Source: Bacillota bacterium (GTDB taxonomy: Bacteria > Bacillota > Negativicutes > JBAXTZ01). Taken from it: a stretch of DNA of 64,000 bases. The translations under genes were made by a program, and so were the position numbers. Shown here one piece after another: positions 8,236-18,471 of this stretch. The stretch covers positions 909 through 64,908 of the forward strand of contig JBAXTZ010000016.1 in NCBI GenBank assembly GCA_037129925.1, written 5' to 3'. Every line of letters begins with the position of its first letter. The stretch's first letter is position 1. The notes below the pieces were generated by a model. That model searched no databases and was not told the DNA's origin. It was given only the letters and a program-made list of their open reading frames with translations.

Positions 8236-9210
8236 CTACACCCAATACGCTTCCGTTAGCATCGGCTCTTCAAAGACCACTTCTTTAAGACACTCAACCG
8301 CTTTTTTTAAGCCCTCGTCAGTGGATGCCAGCGCGTCTTCATGCTCGATACTCAATGCGCCGTCATAACCAGCCAGCCGCAATGAACTGACGATATCGCG
8401 CCATTTTTGCTCACCCATACCATAACCGACCGAGCGGAATATCCAACTGCGTTCACTCATGACGGCATAGGACTTGGTGTCCAGCACCCCGTTACGGGCA
8501 GTATTATGCTGGTCAACAAAAGTGTCTTTGGCATGAAAATGGAACATCGCACCGGCTTTGCCAATATCTTTGATCGCCAGACAGGGGTCGATGCCCTGCC
8601 AAATCAAGTGCGACGGGTCAAAGTTGGCGCCGATTTCCGGACCGACTGCGTCCCTCAACCGCAACAGCGTTTCCGGATTGTACACGCAAAATCCCGGGTG
8701 CATTTCCAGCGCAATTTTTGTAACGCCATGGGCGCGGGCAAAAGCGGCTTCACGTTTCCAGTAAGGAATCAACACCTCGTTCCACTGCCAATCCAAAATC
8801 TGCATATAGTCCGGCGGCCAGGCGCAGGTCACCCAGTTGGGGTTAGTGGATTGCTCGCTGTCGCCCGGGCAACCGGAAAAATTAACCACCGTGTCAATGC
8901 CGAGCTTTTCGGCAAGCAATACCGCGTTACGCCACGCCTCATGGTTGGCTTTGGCAAACTCCTTGTTCGGATGCACCATATTGCCGTGGGCGCTGAGTGC
9001 GCTTATCGTCATGCCGCGCGATTTAAATTCGTCAACAAACGCCTGAATTTTCTGGTCATCAGCCAGCAATTCTACCGGATTGCAATGCGCTGTACCCGGA
9101 TAATTACCGCAACCGATTTCTACCGTGTTTACACCAAAACCCTTAATCTTGTCCAGCGCCTGCCCCAACGGCAGGTTTTGAAATAGCACTGCAAATACAC
9201 CAATCTTCAT
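8236..9210 (-). CDS. Sugar phosphate isomerase/epimerase (xylose isomerase-like TIM barrel)
   Basis: ALEMHPG, NFDPSHL, HFHAKD, SIEHED metal-binding motifs. Confidence 0.88.
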   Translation of the reverse strand: MKIGVFAVLFQNLPLGQALDKIKGFGVNTVEIGCGNYPGTAHCNPVELLADDQKIQAFVDEFKSRGMTISALSAHGNMVHPNKEFAKANHEAWRNAVLLAEKLGIDTVVNFSGCPGDSEQSTNPNWVTCAWPPDYMQILDWQWNEVLIPYWKREAAFARAHGVTKIALEMHPGFCVYNPETLLRLRDAVGPEIGANFDPSHLIWQGIDPCLAIKDIGKAGAMFHFHAKDTFVDQHNTARNGVLDTKSYAVMSERSWIFRSVGYGMGEQKWRDIVSSLRLAGYDGALSIEHEDALASTDEGLKKAVECLKEVVFEEPMLTEAYWV

Positions 9211-9260
9211 AATCTTTTCCCCTTCAAATTCTTACTTTCGCTATTAACCTTTACCTCATC

Positions 9261-9286
9261 GGGCAACCACAGGGGGTTGCCCCTAC
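9261..9286. repeat. GTAG-type REP palindrome
   Basis: GGGCAACCACAGGGGGTTGCCCCTAC. Confidence 0.65.
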
Positions 9287-9291
9287 CTGTC

Positions 9292-9350
9292 TCACTACTG
9301 CGCCCTTTCACTATCACGGTTTTTCACTACCCATAATTTCACAATTCGCC
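9292..9350. repeat. TTTCACTAC repeat block
   Basis: cactactgcgccctttcactatcacggtttttcactacccataatttcacaattcgcc. Confidence 0.65.
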
Positions 9351-9358
9351 TCTTACCT

Positions 9359-10519
9359 CTACCCATTAACCTTAATCCATCGGCCTTCGCGACCACTCTT
9401 TAAAATTGCCGCGACTACTTTCATCACCCGGTCGCCGTCGGCAAAAGTCGCAAAGGTCGGTTTTTCCAAGCGCACATCTTTGCCGTCCCGGATATAACCA
9501 TAGAAGTTTGCCATCATATTTTTTAAACCATCCGGCCAGCCTTCGTTATGCCCGCCCGGATGGGTCAGATAGGGTCGCGCCGCCGGCTCGAACAACGCTG
9601 CATCCGCCAGCATAATTTCGTTGGCTTTTTCCCGATACCCAAACCAGAGTTTTTCCGGCTCCTCCTGATTCCAAGCCAATGCCGCCTTGCTGCCATCAAC
9701 TTCAAAACTAAAGCAGTTTTTCTTACCGGCGGATACTTGCGAAACAGTAAACACCCCGCGGGCGCCGTTGCTCAACTTAAATATTACGGTTGCATAGTCT
9801 TCGGTGCTGATTGGAACGGCTTCATAGTCATCAGCCGACAGTTCTTGGTTAGAAAAGGTCGCTACCGCAACTTTAGCCCGTTTCCGCACCGGAATAATCG
9901 TCGCCACATCCGCCAGCACTTCGACGATTTCCGCGCCGATGACGTGCATAACCGTGTCGCACCAGTGCGAACCAACGTCCGCCAGCGCCCGCGATTCGCC
10001 GCCCAGTTTCGGGTCGAGCCGCCAATTATAATCGGTGTCAAACAACAACCAATCTTGCAGATAGCTGCCATGTACCAACATCACGTCGCCCAACTTGCCG
10101 TTAGCGATGTTCGCCCGGGCATTTTGCACCTGGGCGAATTGGCGATAGTTGAGATTGACGGCATTGACACAGCCGCTATTGGCCGCCAGCCGCGCCAGTT
10201 CCGCCGTTTCGTCGGTCGTCATTGCCAACGGTTTTTCGGACAAAATATGCTTGCCAGCTAATAACGCTGCCCTATTTATTTCATAATGTAGATTGTTACC
10301 GGTGCAGTTATGAATGACCTGAATTTCCGGGTCGTCAATCAACTCGCGCCAGTCCGCCGTCCCCCGCGGGATCGAGAATTGCTCGCATTTTTGATCAGCG
10401 ACTGCCTGGGTTACTTCGGCCAGCGCGACTATTTCGACAAACCCTAACCGTCTGACTGCTTCAATATGTTCTGCGCCGATAAATCCGGTACCAATAATCG
10501 CGGCTGTGATTTTTTTCAT
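9359..10519 (-). CDS. Gfo/Idh/MocA family oxidoreductase
   Basis: IIGTGFIG, EKPLA, DVGSHWCD. Confidence 0.92.
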   Translation of the reverse strand: MKKITAAIIGTGFIGAEHIEAVRRLGFVEIVALAEVTQAVADQKCEQFSIPRGTADWRELIDDPEIQVIHNCTGNNLHYEINRAALLAGKHILSEKPLAMTTDETAELARLAANSGCVNAVNLNYRQFAQVQNARANIANGKLGDVMLVHGSYLQDWLLFDTDYNWRLDPKLGGESRALADVGSHWCDTVMHVIGAEIVEVLADVATIIPVRKRAKVAVATFSNQELSADDYEAVPISTEDYATVIFKLSNGARGVFTVSQVSAGKKNCFSFEVDGSKAALAWNQEEPEKLWFGYREKANEIMLADAALFEPAARPYLTHPGGHNEGWPDGLKNMMANFYGYIRDGKDVRLEKPTFATFADGDRVMKVVAAILKSGREGRWIKVNG

Positions 10520-10599
10520 TACTCCTCCACCAAAATTTCATACAATTATTATACGACTTAACCTTGCCGGACAAAAGAATATTTATCATTAGTCAACCG

Positions 10600-12087
10600 T
10601 TAACTTCCCGAAGCTTTGCGCCATGCATCTATTTGTTTTTGCATTTCGGCAATTACTTTATCTACTCCGGAGTTCTTCATTTTCTTTTGAAATTCAGGCA
10701 GCATTTTTTTCGGGTCGGATTGACCGTAAGCAAGGTAGATTGCATATTCATCAACAGTGTTGGATATAGCCGACACTTCTGCCGATACCGGCTGCGGGTC
10801 AAAGGAAAAGCCCAGTAGCGGCGACATCGTCGCAGTTTTGTTGAAGTCGGCGTATTTCTGCCATTTGTCGGCGGGGTCGCCTTTTTCCAGGTATAGCAAG
10901 AAAAGATTGCCGAGATACCAGTTAGGCATTACAAAATCCTTGGCGCGTTCGGTTTTTTCGATAACATTATCCGACAGCTTATTGTAGTGGATTCCTTCGA
11001 TGCCGAATCCAATCAGATTGCGCAAATATTTATCGCTGTTGAGCAGTTCAAGGAACTTTAACGCCCGCGCCGGATGTTTGCTGTTAACGGAAACTGCATA
11101 AAGCGCGCCGGTACAGGAATCAGTATTAGTAACCGGCCGTTCGGCAACCGGCAGACACATTACGGGAAATTTGTAATCCCGGGTTGCGGCAATATCCGCA
11201 TAGGGCGCATAGTTTGCTATATAGCAAAACAACTTTTTATTCCGAAAATCGGACATCGCATCAGTCTGCGTTCGTTCCTCTTGATAAGTTAATCCCTTTT
11301 GAAATGCCGCCCGGTTGACATCCAGCGCGACCGCTACTGCAGGATCTTCCCATTGATTGAAAACTTTACAGCTCTTGTCATCCAGCCGTACCGCTCCCGG
11401 GAATAAATTACCTTTGATAAAATCAAACGTGTCATTAAAATCAAACCAGGCAAACGGCTTATACATTGTAACACCGGGATGCGCCGACTTAACTTTTTCC
11501 AAAACCGGCAGTATTTCTGCAAAAGTCTTATACTTGCCGAGTGCGTCCGGGTCAATTACACCTTGCAGCATTTCCTTGTCGATATAATAGGCCATTACCG
11601 AAGCTGTTGTCGTATTGTATGGCACACCGTAAGTCTTTCCCTGAACTTTTGTGCCTTTCCAAAAATCGGCCGGACAAGATTCCAACAGCTTGGGCGCACA
11701 TTTTTCGATAATGCCGTCCAGTTGCAAAAAAGTCCCGGATGAGGCATTGCGGTTATAATCAAATGTCCAGTTGCAGGTGAAAGCTAAATCGTAGTTTTCA
11801 TTTGACAGGGCAATCATTTTCATTTTCGTACCATAATCACCGTAATCAATCATATTCAACTTTACGGTACAATTCAATTTTTGCTTGGTGTACTCATTAA
11901 CTTTTTCCATTACCAGCGGCAAATCAACCGGTGGCGGTCCCATACAATACCACACCAGTTCCACCGGCTGACTCATGTCGTCATCCGTTAACGCCGCCTC
12001 CTTGCTGCCGCACCCGGCAAACAGCGCGATAATCGCGGCCAGTAATGACAAAATCAGTACCAGCAGCATAATTCTAGTTTTATTCAT
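10600..12087 (-). CDS. Carbohydrate ABC transporter solute-binding lipoprotein (DUF3502 C-terminus)
   Basis: Lipobox FAGC; C-terminal LGFSFDPQPVSAEVSAISN..KKMKNSGVDKVIAEMQKQIDAW. Confidence 0.85.
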   Translation of the reverse strand: MNKTRIMLLVLILSLLAAIIALFAGCGSKEAALTDDDMSQPVELVWYCMGPPPVDLPLVMEKVNEYTKQKLNCTVKLNMIDYGDYGTKMKMIALSNENYDLAFTCNWTFDYNRNASSGTFLQLDGIIEKCAPKLLESCPADFWKGTKVQGKTYGVPYNTTTASVMAYYIDKEMLQGVIDPDALGKYKTFAEILPVLEKVKSAHPGVTMYKPFAWFDFNDTFDFIKGNLFPGAVRLDDKSCKVFNQWEDPAVAVALDVNRAAFQKGLTYQEERTQTDAMSDFRNKKLFCYIANYAPYADIAATRDYKFPVMCLPVAERPVTNTDSCTGALYAVSVNSKHPARALKFLELLNSDKYLRNLIGFGIEGIHYNKLSDNVIEKTERAKDFVMPNWYLGNLFLLYLEKGDPADKWQKYADFNKTATMSPLLGFSFDPQPVSAEVSAISNTVDEYAIYLAYGQSDPKKMLPEFQKKMKNSGVDKVIAEMQKQIDAWRKASGS

Positions 12088-12103
12088 CAGCCCCTCCACG
12101 TGT

Positions 12104-13849
12104 TTATGGTTTTTCAACAAATTCAACCACTTGTTGCTTTAGTTCATGTAGTTCGAATATTGTCAGAACATTTTTGCCGGTTTTCAAAAGCGGCGCTGGA
12201 ACGTACAAGTTGCGTTCCGGTCCGACATCCCAGTACCTGCCAATATTGAAACCGTTTATCCAGCAACAGCCCTTGGTTCCCTGTACCTTCAACCAGGTAT
12301 CGGCCGGAGCATCCACCTCGAACTCAGCTTTATAAAAAGCCGGTAGCCCATCCAATTGGCTATCGCCATATTCCAGCCCTGCAAGGTCATCCAGCGGCAG
12401 CGGATAAATCTCCCAATCGTGCAAAAACTGCTGCTCAATACGCACCCCGGTGGTTATTCCTTTGAAACTGTCTTCAAGAAAAGCGCCATAATTTACCCGA
12501 CCGAGATTTTCCACAAGAATTTCCAGCATTGCGCCGGTTTCAGGAACGGTGATTTTTACTGAATGTTCCTTGTCGTTTACATGCATAATGGCAATTTGTC
12601 GCCCATCCAAAAATATCTGCGCCCGGTCACGTGGTTCTTGAACGGTAAGCGTAACGTCAAGGTACGGTCCCCGCAAACGGCGGCGGTATAGAATGAAACC
12701 ATAATTTTGTCCTAATCGCTCCATACATAACGGCAACGGCGCCATATGACAGCGAGAGATATTGCCGAGATTGTCAAACAAGCCTGCCCGTTTTCCTAAT
12801 TCGACGACACCATACGCTTTCTTTAGACAGGGCGATGGCAACGGCGCAGCCAAATCGACAGCGGCATTGTATTTTGCCAGAACTTTCCGGTGCGCCAGAT
12901 ACTTAGGCGTTATATCACCGCACTCGTTTAATGGCGCATCTGAATCATAGCTGGTGACCGTCGGCTGATAATCGCGGATTTCCGGACGGTTGGCACCGTT
13001 CATGAACCCAAAGTTCGTGCCACCGTGAAACATATAAATATTTACCTGCCCGTCATTTTGCAAAATTTCATCCAGGCTTTGCGCCGCATCCGCTGCATCG
13101 CGGACGTGATGTTCTTCGCCCCAGTGGTCAAACCAGCCATTCCAGAACTCACCGCACATAAACGGCAAATCCGGCTGATATTCGCGCAGTTTCTCCCGCT
13201 GGCAACTGGTCCCCGAGCCAAAATTAACCGTCTCCCAAACACCCTCAATCATACCGCCCTGCAACATATAGTCCAGCGCGCCATCCGAAGTAAACAACGC
13301 GAGCTTCGGCATTTGTTGTTCCAGGATATTCTTTAACGCAGTCAGATAGGCTTTGTCAGTACCGTAACTGCCATATTCATTTTCAACCTGCAACGCGATT
13401 ATCGGTCCGCCATTGACATGGGAGTACCGTTCAAGCCGCGGCAACAATTCGGCAAAAAACCGCCCGACTGCGTCTAAGAACGCCGCGTTATTACAGCGCA
13501 GCCGCATATCCGGCAAAACCGACAGCCAGCCCGGTAGTCCGCCAAAATCCCATTCCGAACAAATATACGGTCCGGGCCGGACGATGACCTTTAAACCCAT
13601 ACCACCAGCCAGCGCAATAAACTGCTCAATGTCCGCCATCCCTGTAAACTCAAACTTCCCCGGCCGGGGTTCATGCATATTCCAGGCCACATATGTCTCA
13701 ACACAATTCAAGCCCATGAGCTGTAGCTTGCGCAACCGGTCTTCCCACTGCTCGGGAACTGTCCGAAAATAATGTATGGCGCCGGACAAAATTCGAAACG
13801 GCTTGCCATCAATAAGGAAACCCGCTTTGCTGACTTTGGTCCTTTTCAC
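12104..13849 (-). CDS. Beta-galactosidase, glycoside hydrolase family 35
   Basis: SGAIHYFR, RPGPYICSEW, QVENEYGSY, EFWNGWFDHW, YMFHGGTNFG, TSYDSDAP. Confidence 0.95.
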   Translation of the reverse strand: MKRTKVSKAGFLIDGKPFRILSGAIHYFRTVPEQWEDRLRKLQLMGLNCVETYVAWNMHEPRPGKFEFTGMADIEQFIALAGGMGLKVIVRPGPYICSEWDFGGLPGWLSVLPDMRLRCNNAAFLDAVGRFFAELLPRLERYSHVNGGPIIALQVENEYGSYGTDKAYLTALKNILEQQMPKLALFTSDGALDYMLQGGMIEGVWETVNFGSGTSCQREKLREYQPDLPFMCGEFWNGWFDHWGEEHHVRDAADAAQSLDEILQNDGQVNIYMFHGGTNFGFMNGANRPEIRDYQPTVTSYDSDAPLNECGDITPKYLAHRKVLAKYNAAVDLAAPLPSPCLKKAYGVVELGKRAGLFDNLGNISRCHMAPLPLCMERLGQNYGFILYRRRLRGPYLDVTLTVQEPRDRAQIFLDGRQIAIMHVNDKEHSVKITVPETGAMLEILVENLGRVNYGAFLEDSFKGITTGVRIEQQFLHDWEIYPLPLDDLAGLEYGDSQLDGLPAFYKAEFEVDAPADTWLKVQGTKGCCWINGFNIGRYWDVGPERNLYVPAPLLKTGKNVLTIFELHELKQQVVEFVEKP

Positions 13850-13864
13850 TCCTAACCTCCTGAA

Positions 13865-15157
13865 TCAATCCGCGGCAACTGCCTGCCGGTTATCGAGTAT
13901 TTCGTTCGCCCGATAGCAGCGCCGGTAGCACTGTTCGCCAAATTTCTCAGCGTCCTCTGCCAGACAAAACATCAAACCATGGCGCAGCGGCCTGCCGGCT
14001 TGCAATTCATCAAGCATCATCCGCCGCAGTTTTGTGTCGCGCGAATAGTTTTCACCGGGAAGATAATCTTTGCCAAATAGAAAATAGAACCCTTCATCAC
14101 GCTTGCTTGCCGGAAAAGGTATAAGGTAGACATTGCGCATGAACTCGGACATATTAGCCTGTGGCAGCAAGTTTTCATAGCGCGGATTAAATATCCAGGA
14201 CATACACACAAACCCGGCGATTTTAAGTTGCGGAAAATAGGTACTGAAGAACTCCAACGCCCCGGTAAGTGATTGCCGGACGCTTTCCGGGGTCATCTTC
14301 CCGCCTTCGGGGATATGGATGTCCAACAAGGTGTCGGTCGCTGAAAATACTGGCTGCCATTCTTGCAAATCGAGGGTCACGGCGGCTGCCAGACAACTGC
14401 CTTCAGGTCGCACCGGTATGCCGCTCACGGTTTCAGCGCTCTGTTGGTAACTGCCGGTAAATGCTGCCGGAATATGGTCTTCAAACCCGCCCAGACAATG
14501 ACCCGCGGCATCATAGCGATAAGCGCGAGCCTGAAGCGCCAGAACGTTGCCGCTGTTCCGGTTGCGAAAGACGGCAAACGCCTGTTTATCAGTTCCGAAT
14601 TCTTGCGGCCAAAATTCCAGCCGGCCGACGCGGAATATTTTTCCATCAGTATAAAAGCGTGACCAAAACAACTGATAGGGATTTATTCCGTGGCTGCCGT
14701 AGCCGGTATAATAGGTGCAGTAAAAGCCGCCGATGCGCGAACACAAAGCCGCGGCATGATGCGCCGGTATCCCCAGCTCGCGAAACTTCGCCTCAGTCAG
14801 CGGCAATGCCGCCAGCATCACCAACAGGTAAAACACAGTACTGTTAGTCCCCAATTGCGCCTGCAACCACGGCCAATGTTCAAACCACGGATCCGGATAT
14901 ACGTATTGGCTTTGATAGCAATGCCAGATTAGTAATGACAGCTCCGGGTCAGAACGAATCAGTCCGGCAATCTCGTCCAGCACCTGCAACGCAGCAGACG
15001 GTAGCCCGGCTACGACGGCAGCACGCTGATAATTTCTTTGCAGCAAAAATTCCAGTGTACCCGGAAATGTTTCACATGATTTGTCCCACCGTGGTTCCAG
15101 CACCTCGAGGTATTTGTCGTCCAGACCGGTTGTCTGTAACAACTGATGCAATTCCAT
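13865..15157 (-). CDS. Acyltransferase domain protein (N-acyltransferase N-terminus + GNAT-like C-terminus)
   Basis: FRVGRLEF, LDIHIPEGGKMTPE, FVCMSWIFNP. Confidence 0.7.
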   Translation of the reverse strand: MELHQLLQTTGLDDKYLEVLEPRWDKSCETFPGTLEFLLQRNYQRAAVVAGLPSAALQVLDEIAGLIRSDPELSLLIWHCYQSQYVYPDPWFEHWPWLQAQLGTNSTVFYLLVMLAALPLTEAKFRELGIPAHHAAALCSRIGGFYCTYYTGYGSHGINPYQLFWSRFYTDGKIFRVGRLEFWPQEFGTDKQAFAVFRNRNSGNVLALQARAYRYDAAGHCLGGFEDHIPAAFTGSYQQSAETVSGIPVRPEGSCLAAAVTLDLQEWQPVFSATDTLLDIHIPEGGKMTPESVRQSLTGALEFFSTYFPQLKIAGFVCMSWIFNPRYENLLPQANMSEFMRNVYLIPFPASKRDEGFYFLFGKDYLPGENYSRDTKLRRMMLDELQAGRPLRHGLMFCLAEDAEKFGEQCYRRCYRANEILDNRQAVAAD

Positions 15158-15187
15158 ACTTTATTCTCCATAACCGGATACTGCCGT

Positions 15188-16330
15188 CTAACGATTAAGT
15201 TTCTGCCAGATCGGCTCAAGGTCTATTATCGTCTGACTGGTTATCGCCTGATCAATTGACAACGCGACGACCGCGCTTTCAAGTCCCTCGTCACCGCTAC
15301 ATTCCGGTGCGCTATTTGCACACATGCAATGAAATAATTCTTTCATTATCACGCTGTCGCCGCCGCCATGTCCGTCGGCTGCAAAATCCAGTACGGTTTC
15401 GTTGGCATCGCCTAATCGCCGGTACTTTAAGGTGCTGCTATATAACTCGACAATCAGATTACCTTCGCTGCAGGAAAAATACATCCGCCGTTCCGGTATG
15501 GCATTGCTCATTGTTGCCTGAAACATGACCTTTGCGCCGCTCCGATACTGCAAAATTGCCACCTGGGTGTCAAAAATATCTTTTTTCGACGTAAACGGCG
15601 ACTCGCAATCACGGGTGTGATCCGGCCAGGCGGAAAAACTGTCGGCAGCGTTCTCGTCTTGTAAGCGCTGGTTTTCCGGAATAAAAAAATCCAGCCCGCC
15701 AAACGCGGCAATCCGGTTGGGCAACGATTCGGTAAACCAATTGAGCAAATCAATGTCATGCACGCATTTTTCGAGAATATGCGGACCGGACAGCTGGCGG
15801 TGGCGGCGCCAGTTCATCATTATGTATCCGCCATGTCCGGGCGGGATATTTTCGTTGGCATCGATGCTCAAAATTTTTCCCAGCGTTCCCGCTGTCAACA
15901 ACTCTTTGGCTTTTCGGTAAATCGGCGCGTAGCGCAACACAAAACCCGTGGCAAATAACACTGCCGCGCGTTGATGCGCTTCATAAATCGCCTGACAGTC
16001 TTCTATAGAAGTTGCCAGCGGCTTTTCGGTAAAAACATGTTTGCCGGCGGTAAACGCCGCGAGAATATGTTCTTTATGATAGACATTGGGTGAAAATATT
16101 AACACCCAGTCGACACCGGCAGTGTTGATTGCTTCAAGATATGAATCGCAAATTTTAGCTGTCGGTTCGTTCCATTTCTCCACTGCCCGCTCGGCAAATT
16201 CCCGGTTTTGGTCGTAAACCGCCACAACTTTTACATTATGTCCAGAATCCCGCAACAGATTTTCCGTAACATTAGTTCCTCTGGAACCTGTAGCAATAAC
16301 CGCTACACCAATTTTGTTGCTACTGCTCAT
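15188..16330 (-). CDS. Gfo/Idh/MocA family oxidoreductase
   Basis: EKPLATS, LEKCVHDID, GHGGGD. The Rossmann GxGxxG is atypical (IATGSRG). Confidence 0.88.
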   Translation of the reverse strand: MSSSNKIGVAVIATGSRGTNVTENLLRDSGHNVKVVAVYDQNREFAERAVEKWNEPTAKICDSYLEAINTAGVDWVLIFSPNVYHKEHILAAFTAGKHVFTEKPLATSIEDCQAIYEAHQRAAVLFATGFVLRYAPIYRKAKELLTAGTLGKILSIDANENIPPGHGGYIMMNWRRHRQLSGPHILEKCVHDIDLLNWFTESLPNRIAAFGGLDFFIPENQRLQDENAADSFSAWPDHTRDCESPFTSKKDIFDTQVAILQYRSGAKVMFQATMSNAIPERRMYFSCSEGNLIVELYSSTLKYRRLGDANETVLDFAADGHGGGDSVIMKELFHCMCANSAPECSGDEGLESAVVALSIDQAITSQTIIDLEPIWQKLNR

Positions 16331-16360
16331 CTGGTACTCCTTCCAGTCTTGTTGCATAGT

Positions 16361-17545
16361 TTATTTATGATAATCATAGTTCTCAAGCTCTTCCGCCAAC
16401 GGTGGTACATTCATCGGCATTCCGCCGGAGCGGATTGATGCTGCCCCCATACAGCCGGTGGCGACACTATAGCGGGCAGCCTGCGGCGAAGAATTTGGCG
16501 CAGTTCCGTCCCGAAGCATCGCAAAAAAACTGCGAACAATAGCCGGATCTGAACCACCGTGACCGCCCTTGGACGGCGGCGTCCGGAATGTCGCGTCACC
16601 ATGCAGTCTGAACGAATCGATTTTGCGGTCATCCCACAATTCTATCGTCGTATTATCAAAGTGGTCGCCGTAATTCTCAATCCGGCCTTTTGTGCCGATT
16701 ATCGTATAATTCCGACAAGTATCCGGCGTATAATGGCACTGCATATACGTCGCTAACACACCGTTCGCGAGCTGCATATTGATGATATTCAGATCTTCAA
16801 CATCAATAACCGGATTGAAGCCGGTCTGTTCAAGTGGCGGCCAGTTGTCCACGCTGAACTCCGCTCGTCCGGCTTGCCCGCGCCGCGGCAATTTATCATA
16901 AACCGACAGATTACCCATGCCATTGACCCTGACAGTATAAGCGCCGGCCAGCCAGTGAATAACATCTATGTCGTGCGCGCCTTTTTGCAGTAACAGGCTG
17001 TTAGTGTTTTTGCGCTCAGCGTGCCAGTCCCGGAAATAGGCATCCCCGCCATAACCAACAAAATGCCGGCACCAAATCGTCTTGACCTCGCCGATTGCTC
17101 CGGCATCGATGAGTTCCTTCATCTTCAGCACAAAGGTCATATAGCGCATGTTGTGTCCGAGCATCAGCTTGGTCTTGTGCGCATAAGCCGCCCGCAAAAC
17201 CCGGTCAGCACCGTCAACACTAATCCCGACCGGTTTCTCCAGATAAACCCCGACATTTTTCTGCAGGGAAAATATCGCCTGCTCCTCATGGCAAAAATCC
17301 GGCGAGGTAATAAAAACGCCGTCTGGCTCTTCGCGATTAACCATTTCCTGATAATCATAATAACAGCGTGGTTCAAAACCTTGTTTTTCCAAAACACGGC
17401 TTTTAAACGCTGCCAACATTTCCGCAGAAATATCGGCGCCGGCACATATTTCGACGTTATCAGCTCCGGAAAGGTAGCTGTCGGCAATATGGCCTCGACC
17501 ACCCACGCCGATAACTGCGATTTTCAACCTGCGATTTACGGACAT
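16361..17545 (-). CDS. Gfo/Idh/MocA family oxidoreductase
   Basis: IGVGGRG, LEKPVG, QKGAHDID, GHGGSD. Confidence 0.9.
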   Translation of the reverse strand: MSVNRRLKIAVIGVGGRGHIADSYLSGADNVEICAGADISAEMLAAFKSRVLEKQGFEPRCYYDYQEMVNREEPDGVFITSPDFCHEEQAIFSLQKNVGVYLEKPVGISVDGADRVLRAAYAHKTKLMLGHNMRYMTFVLKMKELIDAGAIGEVKTIWCRHFVGYGGDAYFRDWHAERKNTNSLLLQKGAHDIDVIHWLAGAYTVRVNGMGNLSVYDKLPRRGQAGRAEFSVDNWPPLEQTGFNPVIDVEDLNIINMQLANGVLATYMQCHYTPDTCRNYTIIGTKGRIENYGDHFDNTTIELWDDRKIDSFRLHGDATFRTPPSKGGHGGSDPAIVRSFFAMLRDGTAPNSSPQAARYSVATGCMGAASIRSGGMPMNVPPLAEELENYDYHK

Positions 17546-18471
17546 TATTCCCCCGAACCATTTTTATTCGAAAAATATTCAATTGTAGCGGCTAACCCGG
17601 CAGCGAAATCATTTTGTGGCACAAACCCGGCTGCCTGCAACCGGTCGATTGCTGCCAGCGAGTGCTTGACATCGCCGGCCCGTTCCGGCTGATATTCCAC
17701 CGGCGAGGTCGATTTCGTAATGTCTTTAATTTCGGCAATCAGGTCGTTAATGGTCATTTTTTTTCCGTAAGCCACATTATAAACGCCGGTATTGTCACTC
17801 AGCGCCAAAAACACATTGGCGGCAACAACGTCTTTAACATAAATAAAATCCCGGGTCTGCTCGCCATCGCCATAAACAGATATTTTTTCGTTACTCAATG
17901 CTTTTGCGGTAAAAATCGGCACCGCTGCCGCGTATGCGCTGCCCGGATCCTGGCGCGGCCCGAATACGTTGAAATAGCGTAAACAGGCAGTCTGCAACCT
18001 GCCTTCTTGCGTAAACATTCCGCAATAGTATTCGCCATCGAGCTTGGTTATCGCATACGGACTTTTTGGCTCCGGATACATTTCTTCGCGCTTTGGCACA
18101 ACCGGATTGTCACCATAGATTGCCGCGCTGGAACTAAAGCAGAGTTTTTTCACACCGGCAGTTGCCGCCGCTTCAAGCACGTTGAGCAACCCGACAACAT
18201 TTAAGTCAACACATTCCAATGGTTTCTGCACTGACTCCGGCACGCTTATCAACGCCGCCAGATGAAATACATAGTCCACACCGCGCATCGCCTCGGCAAC
18301 CGCGTCCCGATCGAGAATACTTTTCTCGATAAACTCAACTTTCAAACCGTCAAGGTTTTTACGGAATCCGCTGCGCAAATTATCCAAAATCACAACTTCG
18401 GCCTTATCTTGAAAATATTCAGCCAAATGACTGCCGATAAAACCGGCGCCGCCAGTAATCAATATTCGCAT
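17545..18471 (-). CDS. NAD-dependent epimerase/dehydratase (UDP-sugar 4-epimerase-like)
   Basis: TGGAGFIGSHL, YAITK (YxxxK), LRYFNVFGPRQ. Confidence 0.9.
   Translation of the reverse strand: MRILITGGAGFIGSHLAEYFQDKAEVVILDNLRSGFRKNLDGLKVEFIEKSILDRDAVAEAMRGVDYVFHLAALISVPESVQKPLECVDLNVVGLLNVLEAAATAGVKKLCFSSSAAIYGDNPVVPKREEMYPEPKSPYAITKLDGEYYCGMFTQEGRLQTACLRYFNVFGPRQDPGSAYAAAVPIFTAKALSNEKISVYGDGEQTRDFIYVKDVVAANVFLALSDNTGVYNVAYGKKMTINDLIAEIKDITKSTSPVEYQPERAGDVKHSLAAIDRLQAAGFVPQNDFAAGLAATIEYFSNKNGSGE

Noticed and set aside
15068-15083. Second parS-like sequence TGTTTCACATGATTTG
   Set aside because: Four mismatches and inside a CDS.
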